40,574 nucleotides of DNA from Octopus sinensis (GCF_006345805.1 NW_021835398.1:1-40574); one strand, 5' to 3'; counted from the first letter of the stretch, positions 11,907 to 23,775 are shown. Translations and numbers: made by a program. The notes: a model not told the origin generated them from the sequence alone.

Positions 11907-13259
11907 CTATATATATATATATATATATATATATCATTTAATGCAAGACATATAATCAATGGTCACGCTGTTTCCCATATTGTGGTATTGCAGTGCCTTC
12001 AGCCAAATTCCCTGTTATCTGCAATTTACCAAGACATTATGAAACAGGCGGCGAAAGCTGGACTCTGACTCCTTACTTAATAATTGTCAATATAGTTGCC
12101 ACCGTAGCAGCCCCGGTGGCAGTTTCCACGTCAATATATCACTCGAAAATGGTCTGGCATACTTCCATCACACACTGTGCAAAGGAAAGTACTACGTAGT
12201 TGCACTCAACATGGGTTTTGCAAATAAGAGGGGTTTTTGTTTGTTTTTTTATGCCCTTTCTTTCCTCTTCATTATTATTATTATTATTTTCTTTTTTACA
12301 TAAAACATCCATCCTGCTGTATCTTTTCCGCATCATTATTATCACCCTTTAAATTCACTCTCTCGCCCCTTCTGCTAAATTGACAGAAGCTTTCATTGCT
12401 AAATTCCATTCCTTCTGACACGAGCCTATCTTACACTATTTGATCATTAGTCCTTATCTATTTCATTTCTAGATTTCATCTACGATAATATCTTAACTCC
12501 GACTGATTCTTTCTGCGAGATATTTCAACGAAGCGATTAAGCGAACCATTGGTTATTCATGCCAAGGAAATTTCCTTTTTCTGACCTGATAAATCTGCTC
12601 ATGACATAATAATATCAGTCGACATGAAATATGATGTTTGACCCATGGAAATGTCACAGTAAGACGCTAATAAATCATCAGGGCTGGTTCCATAGCAGAA
12701 ATCCTCTCTACCTCCAAACCTGCTTTATTTATTTTTTCTTAATGTATAATTTCGACCTGAAGATAGATGGTGGAGACATATCCTAATTCCACGTTTGTCC
12801 AAAACTCATCCTTTCAAATTTACTGTTGTCTATACAATCAATATTTCCTATCTCATCCATCATATTAATCCGACAAGGAGAAAAATCAAGAAGTTTTGTT
12901 ACAATACATAATCCATGTTAATCTTTTTTTCATAATCAAAAAGACAATTGATGACTGCAAGACTTAATCTGCATCACAATAAATACAATACACGTCACTA
13001 ATTTCTTGGTTTGAAAGCCTTTTATCGTTTTTTGCTTTTTTTTTTTTTTTTTTTTTTTTACTTTATTCCTTCGGGCACAGATTAAACAACGACAATAATT
13101 CAATGTAGGCGAGGGAATTTCTGATGTTTTTACAATTTATGTTTTGAATTATTTTATACGTGTGTATGCGTGCGGGCGACCGTGCCTGCTTGCGCGCGTG
13201 CGTGTGTGTGTGCGTGCGTGCATGTGTGTGTGAATGCATGCTTGCGACCTTGGTTACTT

Positions 13260-13290
<31 letters not shown>

Positions 13291-13434
13291 CAAGGGTGAG
13301 CACGTGTCTGTATATATATATGTGCATGCGAGAGACAGAGTTAGAGTGAGTGAGAGAGATTTAGAAACAGAGAGAGAGAGTTTGACTGTTTAAGTTATTC
13401 CTAATATTATGAGTATTCAAATAACTCATATAAA

Positions 13435-13535
13435 GGCGCTAGGGTGGCTGTGTGGTAAAGGCGTTTGCTTTTCACCCATGTGGTCTTGGGTTCAGTCCTA
13501 CTACGCGGCACTTTAGGCAAGTGTTTTCTGCTATA
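13435..13535 (+). mobile_element. SINE-A head fragment
   Basis: ggcgctagggtggctgtgtggtaa...gggttcagtcctactacgcggcactttaggcaagtg. Confidence 0.7.
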
Positions 13536-13719
13536 ATCGAAATTTTCATTAATAATTGAGTGGATTACTTGAGATATGGCACTTGGCTGCTATTTCATGT
13601 CATAAGGCTGTTAGTTAATATCTCTCCATTCTATGTGACCTGTTACAGGTGTTGTGAGAAGGAACCGATGCTTTTTAGAATAAAGTTCTCAGACGAAAAA
13701 ATACAGGTGTGACTCTCTC

Positions 13720-14119
13720 TCTTTTACTCTTTTACTTGTTTCAGTCATCTGACTGCGGCCATGCTGGAGCACCGCATTTAATCGAGCAACTCGACCCCGG
13801 GGCTTATTCTTTTGTAAGCCCAGTACTTATTCTATCGGTCTCTTTTGCCGAACCGCTAAGTTACGGAGACATAAACACACCAGCATCGGTTGTCAAGCAA
13901 TGCTAGGGGGACAAACACAGACACACAAACACACACACGCATATATATATATACATATATACGACGGGCTTCTTTCAGTTTTCCGTCTACCAAATCCACT
14001 CACAAGGCTTTGGTCGGCTCGAGGCTATAGTAGAAGACACTTGCCCAAGGTGCCACGCAGTGGGACTGAACCCGGGACCATGTGGTTGGTAAACAAGCTA
14101 CTTACCACACAGCCACTCT
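13720..14119 (-). mobile_element. SINE-A, near full length and well preserved
   Basis: Tail cttttacttgtttcagtcatctgactgcggccatgctggagcaccgc through head gggactgaacccgggaccatgtggttggtaaacaagctacttaccacacagccactc. Confidence 0.92.
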
Positions 14120-14475
14120 TGCCAACCACATGGTTCCTAGTTCAGTCTTACTGCGTGTCACTTTAGGCAAATGTCCTCTTCTATAGCCTCGCACTGACAA
14201 AGCTTTGTGAGTGAATGTGGTGGACTGAAACTTAAAGAGGCCCGTCATGTACATATGTGTGTGTGTGTTTGCCCACTACCACCCCTTGACAACCGTTGTT
14301 GGTTTGTTTACGTCAACGTAAACTAGCGGTTCGGCAAAGGGGTTGAAGAAAGCACAAGGCTTCAAAACCATAAATAAATAAATAAAATAGGTTCTGGGGT
14401 TGATTAATTCGACAAATAAATTTTCAAGGCGGTGCCCCAGCATGGTCGCAATCTAATAAGTAAAAGAGTAAAAAA
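14120..14475 (+). mobile_element. SINE-A, head-to-head with the previous copy
   Basis: ccaaccacatggttcctagttcagtc...aaggcggtgccccagcatggtcgca...gtaaaagagtaaaa. Confidence 0.85.
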
Positions 14476-14858
14476 AAAAATAAATGTGAATAACAGAATG
14501 AAACGCATGATGGAAAACTAAGTACCAATTTCGAAACATCATTCTTCTTCAAACCAAGGATGTTTATATAGTGCAATGCATTTCAGCTGTCACAGAATGT
14601 ATGTATCACTCAGAATCAATGACGTCAGATGCCAATCTTATTTCACAAACACCTCAGAAGAAGTAAAAACAAAAAAAAACTGCCACATGGAAAAGTTCTA
14701 TACAACTGTCTTTCCATGTTGAAATGCATATGACATTACCAAGAAACTAAAGGACAGGTTGGAAATGCTGAAGAATAAAGTAGAAAAAAAATAAAGGAGA
14801 GAATATGCAGGTCTCAATCACACAAGCCAAAAACTAGAAGTATATATACGTAAAGTAG

Positions 14859-14918
<60 letters not shown>

Positions 14919-15167
14919 TATCTGTAGTTATATATATATATCTGTATTTATATATATACACACAACACATATATATATACATTTATACAATATGTATATA
15001 TATACATACATATATATATAATATATATATGTATAATCGTATATATAGCGCATGCATATATAAATATATTTATATACATATATACATGTATAGTCATATG
15101 TGTATATATATATATATGTGCTTAATGCTCTATATGTAATATAGTTACGTATGTGTATAATATATAT

Positions 15168-15201
<34 letters not shown>

Positions 15202-16024
15202 ATATACATATATACACGGGCGCACAAACACACGCCAAACACTATATGCATATATATACATACATACATACATATAAAGAGGAAGAGTGATAAAGAGAGA
15301 GAGGGGGAGAGAGAGGGAAAGAGAGAGAGAGAGAGAGAATATTTTTTTTTAGCGAAATGCTATTTTCGTCAAAAAATCTAGAAATCTTGCTGACAATTTA
15401 GACATTTCCCAGTTTAGGAGAAAAAAAACCTCCAACAAAGAAAAATAAAATCATACCTCCCATAAAAACTTTTTTTTTTTTCTACGTTACTTCCTTAAAA
15501 AAAAAATTAACTGAGCAGAGGTCAGATGAAAACTTCCAATCTCCATTGAGAATCTTTTTCTTTGTAACCAATTCGCAATGTTGAATACTTCAACGCCCCT
15601 TCTCCATCTCACCTTCATTTTGAATGTAATATCATTTTTCTTTACTTCTTTCCTTGGTTTATCTCCCATGGGAACTATTCTTATGGTACATCAACCAATC
15701 AGACAACAAGCCAACAGGCGAACACTCCATCCCTGCCTATTTCATTCACTGTCACTCAACCTGCCTATAAACTAACCTACATAATATAACTTGCTGTTCT
15801 ATCATCATTTATATCACATCATACGTTTCACGCAGACCAAACAAACAAACAAACAGCTTTGACGAATGTATTGTGGAACAAACTGAAACTTCACAATTTC
15901 ACGGAGCGACACAAGAGAGCTAGAAATAGAGACGGCACTCGTTCGCTCACTCACTCACTCACCACAACCCACTGTTGTTCATTGTGTAGACCGAAGTTGC
16001 TGAATAGCTTGAACAATACCAATG

Positions 16025-16285
16025 CGACTACCACCAAGACATATCCTACCACCACCACCACCACCACCACCACCACCACAACAACAACAACAACCACAAC
16101 CACAACTTCTACCACCATCATCACCACCACCACGGCCATTACCATCAACGCCATTACCAGCACCACCACAAAAACCACCACAACCAACACCGTCACTACC
16201 ACCACCACCGCCACCACCACCACCACAACCACCACCGCCACTATCGCTACCACCACTACCACCACGAGCAACAACGACATCGAGC
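16025..16285. repeat. Degenerate (ACC/ACA)n trinucleotide tract
   Basis: Directly visible; gives poly-Thr, poly-Pro and poly-Val ORFs. Confidence 0.85.
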
Positions 16286-16364
16286 CAGTGGAGGGGGCCC
16301 CCACCCCGCAAGACATGGCAGCTAAGTCTCTAAGGTAGCACTCCTAACATCTTAGAAAAGATGG

Positions 16365-16560
16365 GCAGTAAAGAAATAAGAAACGTTAGCTCGCCGAGCA
16401 AATTCCTTAGAACCATTTCTTCCGTCTTTACGATCTGAGTTCAAATCCTGCGGAGGTCCAATCTGCCTGGAATCCTTTAGGAGTTGATAAAACAAGTATG
16501 AGTAGAGCACTGGGTTCAATATAATCGACATATATTCTCTCCCGAACTTGCTGGCCTATT
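16365..16560 (+). mobile_element. Degenerate SINE-B unit
   Basis: gtaaagaaataagaaacgttagctcgccg...ctgagttcaaatcctgcggaggtc...caatataatcgac. Confidence 0.65.
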
Positions 16561-17289
16561 TGACCAGGGTTCAGAGGAAAAGCAAAGTTGACTCCTGAGG
16601 TAAATGCACCGGTAATTTTAAGGTACTTTGACTCTAATAAATTGTGTGAATGATCTTGTAGTTCATTTGTTATTGATAAAGATCCCGATAATTCTCCCTT
16701 TCTTTCTCTCTCTCTCAAACACACACACACACACACCACACACACAGGAGCGTATACGCGCAGATATACATATTTACATATATGTACACAGATTTATAAT
16801 GGGGTGCGTTAATAGATTCTATGAGGTCAAACAATCTGAATACTCCGCCTTCTATTTTGATGGGGGACTAATGTAGGAACAAATAAGTTCCGGTACAATA
16901 TGAAAGCAGTTTATCACCGCGCACTTCCGTTTCAAGCATTTCACTTAGTTACTCTTATAACACAAACAGCAACAACTACAACAATATCCTGTCAAGGGAT
17001 TAGGTCGCACTTAGTTGATTCAGTCGCTAGAAATAGCAGCCAAATACTTCCCAAATCCTACTTTACCTGCCTTAAATAAGAAAAAAAGAATATAATGTTA
17101 AACTGTCGTATGTCTGAATTTGGCCAAATGCCTTTTTTCAATATTTATTTTTGCTTGCAATAACCGGTTCTTTTCGTCAAACTATCGTATCTCCAGCTAT
17201 TTCAGATGTCAAGATATCGAAAATTGTCAAAGTGTAGTACAACGGTGTGTGTATGTGTGCGCGTGTGTGTGTGTGCGCGTGTGTGTGTG

Positions 17290-17341
<52 letters not shown>

Positions 17342-17620
17342 TGTATGTATGTGTATGTATGTATGTATGTATGTATGTAAACTGTCTAAGAATCTATAAG
17401 TCAGGAAAAAAATGCATTCGTATATCTGTCAGTAGAGGGGGTAATATTAATCGAAGTGTACAGCATTGTATATCCATTACCGCCGATTTTAGCAATCGGT
17501 TTCGCAGTAGGGGTTCAATGGAGTGCTAGGCAACTGTCCGATTACGTTACCCAAATACGTTGGTCATAGATGCAACGCTGTTTACTGTATGTCAGCTTGT
17601 TTATGGGGGATACAGAATTA

Positions 17621-17639
17621 AACAACAACAACAACAACA

Positions 17640-17720
<81 letters not shown>
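17621..17720. repeat. (AAC)7-(TAC)~26 compound microsatellite
   Basis: Directly visible. Confidence 0.95.
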
Positions 17721-17721
<1 letters not shown>

Positions 17722-18004
17722 TATAAACTGTAAACGTAACAAATTGCATTTTGATAAAGATACAAACCACAGCTATTCAAGGAAGGAAGATGTCGATTAA
17801 GTCAGCCTTGGTGGAATGGAAAATGAAGTTGACTCACGCGGTATTTCAGCTCCGAATGAAATGCCTTGAATTATTTTCCCATTAATCTGACGTCCTTAAA
17901 CACAACAAGTATGTATATAAGCCAATAAGCAATGTGGGAGCTACTATGATGTTGCTGGAGCTGACAGAAACAGCTACGGCATATCCAGTTCGCAGCCCAA
18001 TTAA

Positions 18005-18200
18005 TAGTGGTTTCAAATTTCCGGCCAGTTTGTGAGCCAATTGCATCGACCCCAATGCTCAACTAGTACAGATTTTATCGATCCCGAAAGGACGAAAGGC
18101 GAAGTCGACCTTGGTGGAATTTTAACTCAAAACGCAAAGACGGACGAAATGCCACTAAGCATTTCTTCCGGCATGCTAACGGTTCCGCCAGCTCACCGCT
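18005..18200 (-). mobile_element. SINE-B monomer
   Basis: ttatcgatcccgaaaggacgaaaggcgaagtcgaccttggtggaatttt...gacggacgaaatgccactaagcattt...ccgccagctcaccgc. Confidence 0.8.
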
Positions 18201-19714
18201 TTTCTAGCCCTAATCATAATTATTGTTCTATCGGTCTCAAAATTAACACTATATACCTTGTGGCATTAAATTCGATGCTCTACCGTATATGCTGCGCTAT
18301 TCAGTGAATAATGAGTAAAAAAAAAAAAAGAAATACAAAGTTATAGAAAGGAAATAGAAAATTGTGTAGATGAAAATATGGTTTACTAAAAATATATAAA
18401 AAGACAAAAACCAGTGAGAAAGTTGCTACAAACATGGCGCCCATTCCATATTCAATCATTTTGTTATCTACCAACGAATCTTTTTCATTCGGTCAGCCGC
18501 ACATTAGTTATGAGTATGTTCTTGCTCATGCTTTTGTGTGTCTATATGCATATATGTATGTATCCTTTTCTTTATCTCCTTCTCTCTCTCTCTCTCTTTA
18601 TATATATATATATATATATTTATACGTATATAATATATTATATATATATATACATATTATACATATATATATATATACATATACATACACATATATATAT
18701 GTACGTATGTGCATGTATATTATATGTATGTGTTTATATATACATGTGTGTATTTATATATATATGTGTGTGTATATAAATATATATATATACACACACA
18801 TACATATATACATATATAGAGAGACACATACTCGCACACACGCACACATGCCCACACACATACTCACGCGCACACAAGCATATATATTTTATGCATATAG
18901 ATAAGTGCGTGGTGCTTTTGCATGTTTTTTTATGTGCTTTTAGCAGGGGGTTTTTTTTCTTGTTTTTTCCCCCCATCTTCTTTGCGAGATTATATCTAAC
19001 ATCTTCATTTCAATTAAAACTCTTTCCATTCTATAGTGTAGAAATAGCTTCGACTACGACAAGATCAACAACATCAACCATCAACAATAACCGCAACAAC
19101 AACAACAACAACAACAGCAACACCGCAACAACAACAACAACAACAACAACGGCTAACATCTACAATATACTTGTGGTCCTTTAATGTATAATACATGTCA
19201 AAGATATTGTCGATATCAATTCATCAAATTGAAAACACAATTAGGGATATTGTTCTTTGTGTTTGCTTTTGTTGGCATTTTTAATATTGTTGTTGTTGCT
19301 ACATTATTGTTGAGGTTGCCGTTGTTAACGTTTACTGTAGAATTTTTTTTTTCCATTCCTTTATTTACAACCACTCACTCATCGCAGCTGAGTATATATA
19401 TATATATGATCAATATACAAGATCATTAGATCTCGTTTGTAAATCATAAATATTTTGTGATCTTTCAACGTCACTCCAACTAGTAGAGTGGTTTCTTTCA
19501 TTTATTATTTTTTTTCTTTTGTATTTTGCTATATTTTGTAATTTATTTATTCATATTTATTTTTTCGTGGCTGCCTCGCCATAAAGAGGTGGTTAGATGT
19601 TGCGTTGATAAACTGTCTCCTTCGTTCTAAACTTATAAACTCTCTCCATTCATTATTTCCTTTTATCTTCTATCTCTCGAATTCATTCCGTATTCTTTGT
19701 TTTGTCTCCCCATC

Positions 19715-19748
<34 letters not shown>

Positions 19749-20060
19749 CGTGTGTCCCCCACTCTCTCTCACACAAACACACTAGAACACATATGTATAT
19801 GTGCGCGAGATAGGAAGAGAGAGAGAGAGAGAGAAATAAAGAGAGACTTTGTATCTTGGTGTGTGTGACAGAATATATATCCCTGTGTACAGCTCAGTAA
19901 GTGTATGTGTGTGTGTGTTTGTAAACACATATGTGTATATGTGTATATATATACATAAAAAGAGAAAGAGAGTGAGCGTGAGATACATACACACCTATAT
20001 GTGTGTGTATATATATACATACACACACATACATATATATATACTTGCGCACATTGTATT

Positions 20061-20101
<41 letters not shown>

Positions 20102-20700
20102 AAAACATACATATATATATATGTATGTATATATATTTATATGCATACACACACTCTCATACTCACACACACCGCATATGTGTGTGTATATATATGCGCA
20201 TTTCGTTTTCTCCTGTAATCTCGACGTTGCTTATTTCCGCGACCGTTTCACAAGAAACTGACGTCAAACACCATCAAGGTTCAAATACAAATACGATGTT
20301 CTTTTTCTTCTCATCGTTGATGCTGCGTTAGTGGAGGTAGGGAAGTTCATCGATATTTTTTGTCTTTTTTTTTTACGGTGTACTAATGGAGATGTATGAT
20401 ATTCCAAATCCTTATGTTACCCGTTTAAATTCACTATCGTGAATTTGCATCTCGACATCCGAAGATGTCGAATAGTGTTCCTCTTGGCAAACATCGTAAC
20501 ATCGTACGTATCTGTACCAACGGTTCTCTTAAGATGCTTGTGGCCTGGCTCGGAACAAGCTTCCTGCTGGACACAGAAACTGCAACGAAGTTACAAGTAG
20601 AGAGGTGAGACTCACACAGTTATAGGAATACGTAAAAAAACTATTGTGGTAATACGTCGGTTACGACGACCAGCGTTCCAGTTGATCCAGTCTTTTTTCT

Positions 20701-21068
20701 TTTCTTTTTATTTTATTTGTTTCAGTCATCTGACTGCGACCACGCTGGAGCACTGCCTTTAATCGAGCAAATCGACCCCCAGGGCTTATTCTTTGTAAGC
20801 CTAGTACTTATTCTATCGGTTTCTTTTGCCGAACCGCTAAGTGACGGGAACGTAAACACACCACCATCGGTTGTCAAACGATGTTGGGGAGACAAACACA
20901 GACACACAAACATATACATATATATATATACCACGGGCTTCTTTCAGTTTCCGTCGACCAAATCCACTCACATGGCTTTGGTCGGACCAAGGCTATAGTA
21001 GAAGACACTTGCCCGAGGTGCCACGCTGTGGGAGTGAACCCAGAACCATGTGATAAGCTACTTACCAC
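20701..21068 (-). mobile_element. SINE-A, near full length
   Basis: Collinear with 13720-14119 from tail to ...aagctacttaccac. Confidence 0.9.
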
Positions 21069-21069
21069 G

Positions 21070-21301
21070 TGAAAGTGACTGAGCATCCCACAGACATGTG
21101 AACCCTTAACGTAGTTCTCAAGGAGATTCAGCGTGACACAGAGTGTGACAAGGCTGGCCCTTTGAAATACAGGCACTACTCATTTTTGGCAGTTGAGTGG
21201 ACTGGAGCAACGTGAAATAAAGAGTCTTGCTCAAGGACACAGTGCGTTGCCGGGAATCGAACTCAAGATTTTGAACGAAAAACTCTAACCACTAAACTAT
21301 G
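21070..21301 (-). mobile_element. tRNA-derived SINE (SINE-C variant 2)
   Basis: Minus strand has tttagtggttagag (A box), gagttcgattccc (B box) and gtgtccttgagcaagac...cacgttgctccagtccactc; centre shared with 2310-2450 but the body differs. Confidence 0.8.
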
Positions 21302-21310
21302 TTATATTAT

Positions 21311-21613
21311 GGGGACATAAATAAACCGACAACGTTTGTCAAGCATTGGGACGAATAAACACACACACACCACATACTTATATATGTATGTGTGTATATG
21401 TGTGTGTTTGTTCCCCACTACCACTTGACCGACGTTGGTGTGTTTACGTCCTCGTAAATTAACGGTTCGGCAACCAAGTCGATAAAATAAGTTCTAGACT
21501 TTAAAAAAATGCAATAAATAGATATTGGCAGTAATTCGTTCGACTAAAATTCTTCAAGGCGGTGCCCCAACATGGCTTCATTCAAATAACCGAAACAAGG
21601 AGAAAAAGAAAGA
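21311..21613. mobile_element. SINE-A 3' half (+) preceded by a short inverted SINE-A fragment (-)
   Basis: gttggtgtgtttacgtcctcgtaa...aaggcggtgccccaacatggc on +; ggggacataaataaaccgacaacgtttgtcaagc on -. Confidence 0.65.
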
Positions 21614-21816
21614 TTAAAAAACAAATCGTTCTCATTCATACAAATCAGATGATGGATTGACAAACTCAGAAAAGAGTTGGACAAAAACTGATTAGCGATA
21701 ATTAATTAAATCCATTTACGATCTTCGATCACATCCAAACATAATCATGTTTGATCTAGCTTTGATAAAATACGTACCACTCTATTAAATCGATTATATA
21801 TTACTCTTCTCCAATA

Positions 21817-21817
21817 A

Positions 21818-21878
<61 letters not shown>

Positions 21879-22411
21879 GTTCTCATCATTATTATCCTTG
21901 TTATCAATACGTTCAATCACGTTCATTTATTATCGCCATCGATATCATCATATTCGATCACCCATAAACATTTATTTCACCGCATGCAACATAACACACC
22001 ACCGCTGCAAATTATCTTCTTCGCAAACATCTCCATTATCGTAATCGCTATCAACAATATGCGCCAACTCATCGTTGTATTACTTTCAAAACCCATCAAA
22101 CCTCATCGTATTATCCTCCTTCTTCCCGTCGTCGTCGTCATCATCATCATCACCATCACAACCACAGCCATAACTATAACCAAAATCATCATCATCAGCA
22201 ACAATAACATCATCATCATTAACGTCATCAATTCCATAAGCACTATCGACGTCGCAATTATCATCATCATCATCCAGTCATGCCACCAACATCATCACCA
22301 TCACAGCCACCATCATAGCCATCATCATCATCATCACCATCACCACCACCACCACCACCACCACCACCAACAAGAAACAAAAACAACACCGCCACGATCA
22401 CCACCATATCC

Positions 22412-22444
<33 letters not shown>

Positions 22445-22490
22445 CTTTATGATCATCGCCACCTCCATTTCCACCACCATCAGAAAGTTA
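21817..22490. repeat. (ATC)n array followed by a degenerate ATC/CAC trinucleotide mosaic
   Basis: Directly visible; gives ORF 21984-22607 with poly-Ile and poly-His. Confidence 0.85.
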
Positions 22491-23007
22491 GCATGCACAG
22501 TCGGTCGGTCGGTTAGTCTGTCGCCTCAGATACTAGTGTTTTGCTGTTTTTATCTGTTGTTTTTTTTCTTGTTTTTGCTGTTGTTGCTGTCATTTACAAA
22601 CACATAATACAGTTGACATTTAGGGTGGGTTGATCGTCATCACGCTGACGTATCCTAACTCTCTCTCTCTCTCTCTTCGTGCTCTATGCACAGTAACAAC
22701 ACCAACAAAAACAATTAAATAACGACAACGTTAGCGTTCCTGCTGTGGGGTGGAAAAACAAAACAAAAAATAAAATAAAATAAATTCGTCAGCAATGGCG
22801 GTTCCTTCACGCATGACTGCATCAGTGAACACCCGGCCCTGATAGTTTCTGGTGTTAGACGAAAGTTTGACACAGAGAGAAGTTATTCGTTGTTCCCGTT
22901 TAGGAAGATGTTTCAATCAAAAAGTTAGGAAGGAACAAACAAGAAAACCAAAAAACGAAAATCGAACAGAAAAAAAAGAAATAAATAAAAGCTTTTCCGC
23001 CATTTTG

Positions 23008-23188
23008 TCTTTTATCTCTTGTTTTCATCGTTAAACTACAGTCATACTGGGGCGCCACCTTGACCAATTCTAGTCGAAAAAATCCACCCCAGTACTAGCT
23101 TTGTTTTATTCTTTATTCCTGGTACTTAATCAATCGGTTACAATTGCTGAACAGCCAAGTTACGGGGACGTAAATGCATCAACAGCGG
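23008..23188 (-). mobile_element. SINE-A tail, degenerate
   Basis: cagtcatactggggcgccacctt...aagttacggggacgtaaa. Confidence 0.6.
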
Positions 23189-23204
23189 ATCTCTCTATAT
23201 ATAA

Positions 23205-23365
23205 CTTCTTATATTGAACTCTACTATTTCCTCCTAATAAACTCTCTCGTATCAGCTCTGATGACGGGATATCTTTTATATCCCTGAAATATCTATAAGA
23301 CTACCTTTCTCTTTATAAAACGTTCTAGAAATTTCACACTGTCTTGGCTTTGTTTTATTTAATCT
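23205..23365 (+). mobile_element. Penelope-like terminal fragment (family 1)
   Basis: Aligns by eye with both arms at 34033-34446; contains CTGATGA-hairpin-GAAA. Confidence 0.65.
23254..23301 (+). ncRNA. Type I hammerhead-ribozyme-like motif
   Basis: CTGATGA (23258-23264), c, GGGATAT/ATATCCC stem II (23266-72 with 23278-84), t, GAAA (23286-89), minimal stem III, then agac. Minimal type I hammerheads in Penelope-like elements are established. Activity is not shown. Confidence 0.6.
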
Positions 23366-23419
23366 ATACAAAAACGTATCTGTGTATGTATGTAGTAAGT
23401 CCCACCCAGCAAAAAACGA

Positions 23420-23600
23420 AGAACAAATACACAAAAACAACAACTCGAGGACGTGGTACGTATAAAGTATTACTAGACGCTCAGGGAAGGAAAGAAAGGT
23501 GGTTTTACGTTTCGAGCAAAGCTCTTCAGAAACAGAAGAAAGCCTAATAGAAAAGGAAGAGGGTAGGGGAAAAAACGCCAACGATTCACATGTGGTTACA
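23420..23600 (-). mobile_element. Penelope-like terminal fragment (family 2) with hammerhead-like motif
   Basis: Reverse complement of 23503-23533 is tttctgaagagctttgctcgaaacgtaaaa. Confidence 0.6.
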
Positions 23601-23775
23601 TTTGTGTGTGTGTGTGTTTGTGTGTGCGCGTGTGTATATACATTACGGTCTATATAGATTACGATAGATATAGATTGAGCGATAGTAGGTAGAGATGAAA
23701 GACTTGAAGAAATGGCGCAAAACTGGGTAAAAAATATTTTATAAACAATGTATAAGCGACTTCTACAGTCTAATA

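Noticed and set aside
12340-12950. Possible decayed LINE RT (SGLVP*QKSS resembles an SGLxxNxxKS motif)
   Set aside because: Single weak motif, no YADD or QG motif found, many stops.
22731-22916. Minus-strand ORF MKHLPKREQ...RVFTDAVMREGTAIADE
   Set aside because: No convincing donor, runs into a poly-T stretch, and no recognisable homology.
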